From assembly GCA_944381075.1 (NCBI GenBank), contig CALWJT010000005.1, positions 65,253-129,252 on the forward strand: a stretch of 64,000 nucleotides of DNA. The letters are read 5' to 3'. The notes under the pieces were generated by a model, which saw only the letters and a list, made by a program, of their open reading frames with translations, did no database searches and was not told where the DNA came from. Source of the stretch: an uncultured Clostridia bacterium. Its GTDB lineage: Bacteria; Bacillota; Clostridia; Oscillospirales; CAG-272. The position numbers were made by a program, and so were the translations under genes. Positions 57,470 to 64,000 of this stretch are shown one piece after another. Numbering within the stretch: position 1 is the first letter of the stretch; each line of letters begins with the position of its first letter.

Positions 57470-58132
57470 ATGAAAAGAATAAGCAAAGCGATTCTCTTAC
57501 TTACGATAGCTGCCATCTTGATGGCAGGGCTTGCTTCCTGCTCTCTGACAGATACACTGCAAAGGCTATTTGTCGGGGCAATGGATGACGGTACGGAAAA
57601 TTTTGACATGGGCGTCATCGAGTCCGGCGTATATACAAGCGATTTCGCCGGAATGCAGTTTACGCTTCCTCAAGGCTGGGTATTTTATGACAGGGAAGAG
57701 CTGCTGGCGCTTTCCGGCCTTGACGAAAATGACGACGCGGACGCGCTGAAAAAGGAGATCCTTGAAAAAACCACGGTGTATGATATGTATGCGGTGAATC
57801 CCAGCACCGGCTCCAATATCATAATTATGTTTGAAAACATTAGGGTACAAGGGCTGGACCCGGAAGCATTCGACGTTCAGGACTATTCTGAGGCGCTGAC
57901 CAAAAATTTAAGCGGCCAAACGGAAATCGCATATGAAAAAACGAAGGAGAGGACCGTTGTACTTGGCGGGTATGAGTTTTTGTCAATTGAATTTAACGCG
58001 AATGCGGCTGCGTATTCCTATTCTATCTGTCAAAAGTATTTTATCCGACAGATAGGAGACTTTATGATGAGCATCATCGTGACAGGAAACGTGTCGCCGG
58101 AATCCTATTTTTCGGCTTTGGATGCGGCATAA
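57470..58132 (+). CDS. Lipoprotein, function unknown
   Basis: Signal peptide with lipobox LASCS. Confidence 0.7.
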   Translation: MKRISKAILLLTIAAILMAGLASCSLTDTLQRLFVGAMDDGTENFDMGVIESGVYTSDFAGMQFTLPQGWVFYDREELLALSGLDENDDADALKKEILEKTTVYDMYAVNPSTGSNIIIMFENIRVQGLDPEAFDVQDYSEALTKNLSGQTEIAYEKTKERTVVLGGYEFLSIEFNANAAAYSYSICQKYFIRQIGDFMMSIIVTGNVSPESYFSALDAA

Positions 58133-58170
58133 AGAGAAGCGCTCCCATCAAGGGAGCGCTTCTCTTTATG
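58131..58170. terminator. Bidirectional terminator
   Basis: AAAGAGAAGCGCTCCC-atcaa-GGGAGCGCTTCTCTTT (16 bp), between convergent genes. Confidence 0.9.
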
Positions 58171-58242
58171 CCAATATAGCCTGTGGATTGCCGTAATGGA
58201 AAATATTTTGCCTTTTTTATGAGCTGTGCCCTGTACAGATCC

Positions 58243-58560
58243 TTACGGCGCGCCTTCATCAAAAAATTTGCCTTTAAAAAAATTTTCATTGCCGAGCTTT
58301 TTTGCTGTGAGCCGAAACATCACACAGCCGTCGGGACATACGATATCCTTGCTGTATTGGCTGCTGCCTCCGATATTCGTGAGATCTCCGCCGCTTCTGA
58401 CGGCTTCCATAATAGGGAAGAGCACCATCATAAGCTTCGAGCAGATGCCGTGTCCGTCCTGATTGACAGGGCAGCCGTAGGTGCAGATGTACTTGTCCCC
58501 GATTTCCTCGCCGTTGCGGCAGTAGCGTTCCGTATGGGTGCCGCGGAGAAAGCCTGTCAC
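58243..58560 (-). CDS. TIGR04076-like small Cys-rich protein, apparently 5'-clipped
   Basis: CRNGEEIGDKY..GICSKL..SGG..IVCPDGCVMFRL pattern. The first canonical start is GTG at 58560. The family-like N-terminus (FTIEV) continues upstream without a start codon. Confidence 0.6.
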   Translation of the reverse strand: MTGFLRGTHTERYCRNGEEIGDKYICTYGCPVNQDGHGICSKLMMVLFPIMEAVRSGGDLTNIGGSSQYSKDIVCPDGCVMFRLTAKKLGNENFFKGKFFDEGAP

Positions 58561-58599
58561 TTCGATTGTGAAATATAGTGGGCTATACCTAATTAATTT

Positions 58600-59349
58600 T
58601 TAATCTTCATTAGGTAAAGGTTCTCCAACTTGTATCTTTAATTTATAACATCTACGTCTATATTCGTTATAAATTTGATCAAATAGGTGGGCTAAACGAT
58701 ATTCTCTGTCATTTTTTGTTTTTGCATCACGGAATAATGATAAGTATTTTTTGTTTTGCTCTAATTTAATGAAGTCTCTCATATAAATTCTTCGTATTTC
58801 TTTGTTAGTGCAAAGTCTGAAGTCTTTATCAGCGAGAAGTCTTTCTTCCAATTCATCATATGGATTTACAAAGGAATCATCTTCTTCGAAGTCATAAAAC
58901 TCAATTAATTCTTTCTCGTGTGTTTCTTGAAATTCTATCAAAGCAGAGATAGCATCTTTGAAGTCTTCGCCTAACCACACATCCTCAATAGTAGAGGCAA
59001 TAATAAAATTTTCAAAAGTAGCTACAAGAAATAAGCCTAACGGACGTAAAAAGTCGAATGCCTGCATTTTAGCATTATATGTATTCGCCCATTGTTTGCA
59101 GAAACAATATGCTTTTTCATTTTCAGTGTTTTCTTTAAGCATATCATCTGTAATTAAATATTCTTCTTTTTCATAAAATTTGTAGGAATAAAATATAGTT
59201 GAAATTTTATGCTGTTGACAAAATTCAACAAATTCTTCAACGGTGCAATCTAAAATCGCGTAATTGTTTGAAATGTTTAATTTTGCTTTGACAAAGTTAA
59301 TAGAATCGCAAATTTTCAATAACTCCTTATCTCTAATAATACCTTCCAT
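58600..59349 (-). CDS. Orphan acidic 249-aa protein encoded in AT-rich DNA
   Basis: Uninterrupted ORF with its own consensus promoter and a TAGGAG RBS. No motif recognised. Confidence 0.8.
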   Translation of the reverse strand: MEGIIRDKELLKICDSINFVKAKLNISNNYAILDCTVEEFVEFCQQHKISTIFYSYKFYEKEEYLITDDMLKENTENEKAYCFCKQWANTYNAKMQAFDFLRPLGLFLVATFENFIIASTIEDVWLGEDFKDAISALIEFQETHEKELIEFYDFEEDDSFVNPYDELEERLLADKDFRLCTNKEIRRIYMRDFIKLEQNKKYLSLFRDAKTKNDREYRLAHLFDQIYNEYRRRCYKLKIQVGEPLPNED

Positions 59350-59380
59350 AATTTTTAACTCCTATCTTACATTTATATTT

Positions 59381-59409
59381 ATTATATCACAATCATATGA
59401 GGTTAACAA
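59381..59409 (-). promoter_or_regulatory. Promoter TTGTTA-17-TATAAT for the orphan gene
   Basis: Minus-strand TTGTTA (59404-59409) and TATAAT (59381-59386). Confidence 0.65.
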
Positions 59410-59424
59410 GTGGATAAATCATAA

Positions 59425-59479
59425 AAAACAAATAATCCGAACGCTCCGCCGACTAAAGTCGGTTTGAGGTTCGGATTAT
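59425..59479 (-). terminator. Terminator of tRNA-Arg
   Basis: Minus strand AATCCGAAC...GTTCGGATT, with an inner CCGACT/AGTCGG hairpin, then ATTTGTTTTTT. Confidence 0.75.
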
Positions 59480-59486
59480 ACTCGTT

Positions 59487-59563
59487 TGGCGCGCCGGACA
59501 GGATTCGAACCCGCGACCCCCAGAATCGGAATCTGATGCTCTATCCAGCTGAGCTACCAGCGC
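59487..59563 (-). tRNA. tRNA-Arg (anticodon CCG), CCA encoded
   Basis: Hand-folded cloverleaf: acceptor GCGCTGG/CCGGCGC, D-arm GCTC/GAGC, anticodon loop TTCCGAT, T-loop TTCGAAT. The G-U pairs only work on the minus strand. Confidence 0.9.
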
Positions 59564-59588
59564 GTATACACGGAAGGGACCGTGCTCT

Positions 59589-60386
59589 TTACATAGAAAT
59601 AAAACGAAGGGCATTCTCGCCGTAAATCAGGCGTTTCTGCTCGTCGGAAAGGGAAAGCTGCTCTAAAAACCGCTTCGTTTCCGAAGGAGCCTCCCATGGC
59701 ATGTCGCTGCCGAACATGATCTTATGAATGTCGTGGTTTGCGATGATCTTCTGTACGCCGGAGACAGACATCCCAAGCGCCGAAAAACCGGTATCAAACC
59801 AGATGTTTTTGCCGCACAGACGGTGCAGCACGCCTTCCCAATCGCAGGCATCGCCGAAGTGCGCAGCACACAGCCGCAAGGAGGGAAAGCGCTCCAGAAT
59901 CCTTGCGACGTCCTCCGGCTTCGCATGGATGTGACTGCGTGAGGTGGGATCGATTCCCGCGTGAATGACGACCGGAAGCGCATATTCGCAGCAAGCGGCG
60001 AATATCGGCGTGAACTTGTCGTCGCCAATGTCATATCCCATAAAATCCGGATGCAGCTTGACGCCGTATAGACCGGCCTCCTTGATTTGTTTTGCCGCCC
60101 CGCGGATATCCGGATAGTCGGGATGGATCGAACCGAACGAATAGATCCGATTCTGATAGCGGTTGATCTGTGTTGCAAATTCATTGACCTTATCCTGCTG
60201 ATGGGCGTTTGTAGCGATGTTCAAAACAAAGCATTGGTCGACGCCGTCGCGGTCGAGTACGGCAAGCAGCCCGTCACGGGTACCGTCGCACCTTGGGGTC
60301 AATGCCTCATTGGATTCCAGCTTGGAAAGCGCACGGGGCGCGAGCGCGTCGGGGAAGCAGTGAGTATGGGAATCAATTACGGTCAT
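59589..60386 (-). CDS. Amidohydrolase-2 (TIM-barrel metal-dependent hydrolase) family protein
   Basis: VIDSHTHCFP start, with conserved H/D ligands later (HAGI, AAHFG, FGSDMPW). Confidence 0.8.
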   Translation of the reverse strand: MTVIDSHTHCFPDALAPRALSKLESNEALTPRCDGTRDGLLAVLDRDGVDQCFVLNIATNAHQQDKVNEFATQINRYQNRIYSFGSIHPDYPDIRGAAKQIKEAGLYGVKLHPDFMGYDIGDDKFTPIFAACCEYALPVVIHAGIDPTSRSHIHAKPEDVARILERFPSLRLCAAHFGDACDWEGVLHRLCGKNIWFDTGFSALGMSVSGVQKIIANHDIHKIMFGSDMPWEAPSETKRFLEQLSLSDEQKRLIYGENALRFISM

Positions 60387-60639
60387 CGGTCTTTATCGCC
60401 TCTTCGATGGCGCGTGCCAGTTGGTCGGGACAGGAGGTCCCGCGTCCGCCGCAGTCTGTTCCTTTCAAGCGCTTCACGACCTCTTCTGCTTTCATGCCGC
60501 GGACGAGCGCCGAAATTCCCTTCGTATTGCCGTTGCAGCCCCCGACAAATTGCACGGACTGAATGATCCCGTCTTCGATCTGAACTTGGATCTGTCGGGA
60601 ACAGGTGCCGTGTGTCGTATAAACAATGCTTTTTGTCAT
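60373..60639 (-). CDS. TSCPD-domain small protein (TIGR03905-like)
   Basis: HGTCSRQIQVQIEDGII..FVGGCNGN..CGGRGTSCPDQLA. ATG at 60639. 14-nt overlap with the amidohydrolase gene. Confidence 0.8.
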   Translation of the reverse strand: MTKSIVYTTHGTCSRQIQVQIEDGIIQSVQFVGGCNGNTKGISALVRGMKAEEVVKRLKGTDCGGRGTSCPDQLARAIEEAIKTDDRN

Positions 60640-60887
60640 GGCTGTTTCCCCTCTGCTCTCCGAAGATTTGCCGCTTGGATTATTGCCGCTGAAAGAGCAG
60701 TCCTGCGGCATAGGCGCGTTTTAAAATTTCCGCCGCTTTTTTTATGCCGTGATGATATTATAGCATAGAAACGGGAAAAAAGCGCTGTTTTTTGAAAAAA
60801 AGATGAAATTTGTGAATATTATACAAAAAACAGGGGAAAATTTCTCTAAAGTTTTCTGCGGATATTTTGAAAAAGTTTGAAAAAATC

Positions 60888-60916
60888 TTGATTTTATCGC
60901 GAAAATACGATAAAAT
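60888..60916 (+). promoter_or_regulatory. Promoter TTGATT-17-TAAAAT of the S10 operon
   Basis: Read directly in an AT-rich tract. Confidence 0.6.
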
Positions 60917-61245
60917 AGAAAAGCTTGATATGCGAGGAAGCGGGAGGTTGCCGTAAAACGGGGAATTTCCGCAGAGTATGTCCGATAAACGGGCGACGGT
61001 TTCGTTCTGTGAACAGTGGCGTTCTGGATATTGCGCCGCGTGCGGCGTCAATCCGAAAAAGGGAATGCGACAGCCGGATCTTTCCGGTTTTTTCTTAGGG
61101 GCTTTGGAAACGCCCGGGATGGTGTTCACATCGAAACATGCGCTGTGAGCAGATTTCTCCGTCAAGATTTTAAATCTTATCTGTTGGAAGAATCCTCATG
61201 GCGCCGCCGACACTAAAAAAATTATATTCAAGGAGGCAAAATCAA
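60917..61245 (+). promoter_or_regulatory. Long (~330 nt) S10-operon leader with an internal terminator-like hairpin (61072-61094)
   Basis: AGCCGGA-tctt-TCCGGTT followed by TTTTCTT, about 150 nt upstream of rpsJ. Further hairpins, for example 61034-61047. Confidence 0.45.
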
Positions 61246-61557
61246 GTGGCAGTCAGCGAAAAAATCAGAATCAGACTGAAAAGCTACGACCATACGCTGG
61301 TCGATGCGGCAGCGGAAAAAATTGTAGAAACCGCCAAAAGAAACGGCGCGGCCGTTTCCGGTCCTATCCCGCTTCCCACGGAAAAGGAGATCATCACGAT
61401 CCTCCGCGCGGTCCACAAATATAAGGACAGCCGTGAGCAGTTTGAGTACAGAACCCACAAGAGACTGATTGATGTCGTCAAACCGTCTCAGAAAGCCATC
61501 GAGGCTCTCACATCCCTCGAACTTCCGGCCGGCGTTGAAATTGAAATCAAGCTTTGA
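61246..61557 (+). CDS. rpsJ: 30S ribosomal protein S10
   Basis: [15 protein letters not shown]...IPLPT. GTG at 61246 follows AAGGAGG. Confidence 0.95.
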   Translation: MAVSEKIRIRLKSYDHTLVDAAAEKIVETAKRNGAAVSGPIPLPTEKEIITILRAVHKYKDSREQFEYRTHKRLIDVVKPSQKAIEALTSLELPAGVEIEIKL

Positions 61558-61682
61558 GAGAAAAGGCGTGATTGGAATTTCCGGAGGGGCGTGCGCAAAG
61601 TTTTGCGCATGATCCGGTTGGTCAAGTTGACCCGCCCGCAGGGCTGCGGTGGTCAACCAATAACCTTATAAGGAGGAAAAAC

Positions 61683-62315
61683 ATGAAAAAGGGCATTATC
61701 GGAAAGAAGATCGGCATGACACAGGTTTTCGACGAGATTGGAAACGTCATTCCGGTCACCATCATTGAGGCCGGTCCTTGCGTCGTCGCGCAGAAGAAAA
61801 CGGTAGAAAAGGACGGCTACTCCAGCGTTCAGCTTGGCTTCGAGGATATTGCGGAGAGAAAACTGAACAAGGCAGAAAAAGGTCACTTTACAAAAGCAGG
61901 CGTGGCGATGAAAAAGCATCTGAAGGAGTTTAAGCTCGACGATGCGGCCAATATGAACGTGGGCGACATTGTCGCCGCTGACGTGTTCGCGGCGGGTGAC
62001 AGAGTGGATGTCACGGGCATCACCAAGGGCCGCGGATATTCCGGCGTTATCAAAAGATGGGGCTGCCACAAGCTTCGTATGACGCACGGCGTCGGACCGG
62101 TCCATCGTCAGCCGGGCTCTATGGGCGCGAATTCGACTCCGTCCAGAATCTTTAAAAACAAAAAGATGGCGGGACAGTACGGGAACGAACAGGTGACCGT
62201 CCTCAATCTCGATGTCGTCCGCGTCGATGCCGATAAAAATCTGATCGCCGTAAAGGGCGCCGTTCCCGGTGCCAAGGGCGGTATCGTGTTCATTCGCAAC
62301 ACAGTCAAAGCGTGA
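61683..62315 (+). CDS. rplC: 50S ribosomal protein L3
   Basis: [18 protein letters not shown]. Confidence 0.95.
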   Translation: MKKGIIGKKIGMTQVFDEIGNVIPVTIIEAGPCVVAQKKTVEKDGYSSVQLGFEDIAERKLNKAEKGHFTKAGVAMKKHLKEFKLDDAANMNVGDIVAADVFAAGDRVDVTGITKGRGYSGVIKRWGCHKLRMTHGVGPVHRQPGSMGANSTPSRIFKNKKMAGQYGNEQVTVLNLDVVRVDADKNLIAVKGAVPGAKGGIVFIRNTVKA

Positions 62316-62331
62316 GAAGGAGGAAGAAACG

Positions 62332-62955
62332 ATGCCTAACATGAAAGTTTTGGACATGACCGGCAAAGAGGTCGGAGCCGTCGAGCTTGCGGATTCCGTT
62401 TTTGCCGCTGCGGTCAACGCGGCAGTACTTCACGCCGCTGTCAGGGCGTACCTTCTCAACCAGAGACAGGGCACGCAGTCGACGCTTACAAGAACCGAAG
62501 TTTCCGGCGGCGGGAAAAAGCCGTGGAGACAAAAGGGCACGGGCCGGGCAAGACAGGGCTCCACACGCGCTCCCCAGTGGACGCACGGCGGCGTAGCGCT
62601 CGGGCCGAAGCCCAGATCCTATCGTGTGGATCTCAATAAAAAGGTAAAGAGGATCGCGATGAAGAGCGCATTCTCAAGCAAGGTGGCCGATGAAGCGCTT
62701 GTTGTGGTGGACGCCATCACGGCGGCCGAATACAAGACCCGTGTGATGGTGAACATGCTCTCTGCGGTCGGCGCGACGGGAAAAGCGCTTGTCGTTCTTC
62801 CTGCGAAGGATGAGAAGGTCACAAAGAGCTTTGCCAACATCCCGGGCGTAAAAACCGCCTATGTCAATACGCTCAACGTTTACGACATCTTAAACTGCGA
62901 TAAGCTGGTCGTGGCGCTGGATGCGGTGAAGAAAATCGAGGAGGTGTACGCATGA
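62332..62955 (+). CDS. rplD: 50S ribosomal protein L4
   Basis: SGGGKKPWRQKGTGRARQGS. Confidence 0.95.
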   Translation: MPNMKVLDMTGKEVGAVELADSVFAAAVNAAVLHAAVRAYLLNQRQGTQSTLTRTEVSGGGKKPWRQKGTGRARQGSTRAPQWTHGGVALGPKPRSYRVDLNKKVKRIAMKSAFSSKVADEALVVVDAITAAEYKTRVMVNMLSAVGATGKALVVLPAKDEKVTKSFANIPGVKTAYVNTLNVYDILNCDKLVVALDAVKKIEEVYA

Positions 62956-63245
62956 AATTTGCTCACGATATTATCGTAAGACCGGTTGTGACGGAAAAGA
63001 GCCTTGAGGCGACGAAATCCAAACGCTACACCTTTGAGGTCCAGAAGGATGCGACCAAGCCTGAGATCGCACATGCGGTCGAGGAAGCGTTCGGCGTTAC
63101 GGTAGCAAAGGTCAATACGATCAACATGAAGAAAAAACCGAAGAGACTCGGCGTCCATGCCGGCTATACGAAGGCTTGGAAAAAAGCCATCGTCACGCTG
63201 AAGGCGGATTCGAAATCCATCGAGTTCTTCGACGGCATGATTTGA
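62952..63245 (+). CDS. rplW: 50S ribosomal protein L23
   Basis: ATGA overlap with rplD. DIIVRPVVTEKS. Confidence 0.95.
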   Translation: MKFAHDIIVRPVVTEKSLEATKSKRYTFEVQKDATKPEIAHAVEEAFGVTVAKVNTINMKKKPKRLGVHAGYTKAWKKAIVTLKADSKSIEFFDGMI

Positions 63246-63260
63246 TGAGGAGGCAAGAGA

Positions 63261-64000
63261 ATGGCTACGATCAAGTATAAACCGACAACCCCCGCAAGAC
63301 GCAATATGTCGGTGCCGGATTTCGCGGAAATCACGAAATTCTCTCCCGAAAAAAGTCTTGTTGTGATCAAGAAAAAGCATGCCGGCAGAAACAGCTACGG
63401 CAGAATCACCGTTCGCCATAAGGGCGGCGGCAATAAGCAGAAATACAGAATCATCGACTTCAAGCGCGCCTATACGGAGGAAGCGGCGACGGTCATCGGC
63501 ATCGAATACGATCCGAACAGAACCGCTTACATCGCGCTTTTGCAGTATGAAAACGGGACTAAAAAATATATGATCGCGCCGGTCGGCCTTACCGACGGCG
63601 ACAAGGTGTATTCCGGCGCGAATGCCGATATCAAGCCCGGCAATACGCTTCCGATCGCAAATATCCCGGTCGGCACGTTTATCTACAATATCGAGCTGTA
63701 TCCCGGCAAGGGCGGTCAGCTTGTCCGTTCGGCAGGCTCGGCAGCGCAGCTGATGGCCAAAGAAAACGGCATGGCGCAGGTCAGACTCCCTTCCGGCGAG
63801 GTAAGGCTCATCCGCCTCGACTGCCGCGCTCAGATCGGTCAGGTTTCCAACATCGACCATGAGAACGTCAAGATCGGCAAGGCGGGCAAGACGCGCCATC
63901 GCGGCATCCGCCCGACGGTCCGCGGCTCCGTCATGAATCCCTGCGATCACCCGCACGGCGGCGGCGAGGGCCGTTCACCGATCGGACGCCCCTCTCCTGT
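63261..64000 (+). CDS. rplB: 50S ribosomal protein L2 (3' end outside window)
   Basis: My own translation gives [26 protein letters not shown]...[23 protein letters not shown]. It is absent from the ORF track because there is no stop codon in the window. Confidence 0.95.
   Translation, partial: MATIKYKPTTPARRNMSVPDFAEITKFSPEKSLVVIKKKHAGRNSYGRITVRHKGGGNKQKYRIIDFKRAYTEEAATVIGIEYDPNRTAYIALLQYENGTKKYMIAPVGLTDGDKVYSGANADIKPGNTLPIANIPVGTFIYNIELYPGKGGQLVRSAGSAAQLMAKENGMAQVRLPSGEVRLIRLDCRAQIGQVSNIDHENVKIGKAGKTRHRGIRPTVRGSVMNPCDHPHGGGEGRSPIGRPSP

Larger units (their letters stand above)
58578..59425. other. AT-rich compositional islet (horizontally acquired DNA candidate)
   Basis: Hand-counted 60-nt lines give 23-33% GC inside versus 60% at 58441-58500. 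It is bounded by the tRNA-Arg terminator and the clipped gene. Confidence 0.75.

Noticed and set aside
58560-59490. Search for a direct repeat of the tRNA-Arg 3' end (att-like duplication) at the far edge of the AT-rich islet.
   Set aside because: I could not find a copy of the tRNA 3' segment (GGATTCGAACC...) near 58560-58600 by eye. Site-specific integration is therefore not demonstrated, and there is no integrase.
60640-60761. ~115-nt leader of the TSCPD/amidohydrolase operon with two hairpins (60653-59/60694-700 and 60707-12/60743-48), considered as a riboswitch.
   Set aside because: It is too short and I recognise no riboswitch consensus. The stems are 6-7 bp and could be fortuitous.
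1-64000. Window-wide scan for CRISPR arrays, rRNA genes, IS elements/transposases, integrases, reverse transcriptases and toxin-antitoxin pairs.
   Set aside because: I found no regularly spaced direct repeats, no rRNA-like sequence, and no ORF with DDE, tyrosine- or serine-recombinase, or RT (YxDD) signatures in any of the supplied translations.

Overview
GC-rich bacterial chromosome segment: about 60% GC on hand-counted 60-nt lines. Gene content and Shine-Dalgarno/promoter style look like Firmicutes/Clostridia, but that is a guess and no database search was possible. All product calls rest on motifs I recognise by eye in the supplied translations.

Layout, left to right:
- (1) 1-6840: a phage packaging/head/tail-hub module (terL, portal, scaffold-like, capsid, adaptor-like, 603-aa orphan) that stops at a strong terminator.
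- (2) 6979-12820: ECF sigma, a membrane partner, three tandem paralogous lipoproteins, then an MBOAT + DHHW/AlgX-like O-acyltransferase pair.
- (3) 12986-13972: two decayed genes, a nucleotide-sugar dehydrogenase stub and a frameshifted 2H phosphoesterase.
- (4) 14166-20820: membrane orphans, a NatAB-like ABC exporter and a GH78 rhamnosidase.
- (5) 20959-23804: a three-gene operon of nucleotidyltransferase, ABC-type ATPase and Toprim-like protein. It looks like a PARIS/AbiL/OLD-type anti-phage system with an extra component, and it is my top candidate for an undescribed system.
- (6) 23878-37823: membrane-anchored lipase, an RHH protein + clpB, a UvrA paralog, dnaE, whiA, murB and a Crp/Fnr regulator.
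- (7) 37827-57398: a NitT/TauT-type ABC importer, tspO, the glycogen cluster (glgB-C-D-[500-bp gap]-A-P), GH13/GH31/GH29 glycosidases, a ThyX-fold protein lacking the RHR motif, and a PatB/MalY lyase.
- (8) 58578-59425: an ~850-bp AT-rich islet (23-33% GC on counted lines) with one orphan gene, wedged between tRNA-Arg(CCG) and a 5'-clipped TIGR04076-like gene.
- (9) 59589-64000: amidohydrolase/TSCPD operon, then the start of the S10 ribosomal-protein operon behind a long leader.

I found no rRNA, CRISPR array, integrase or transposase. Many long antisense 'shadow' ORFs in the track are artefacts of high GC.
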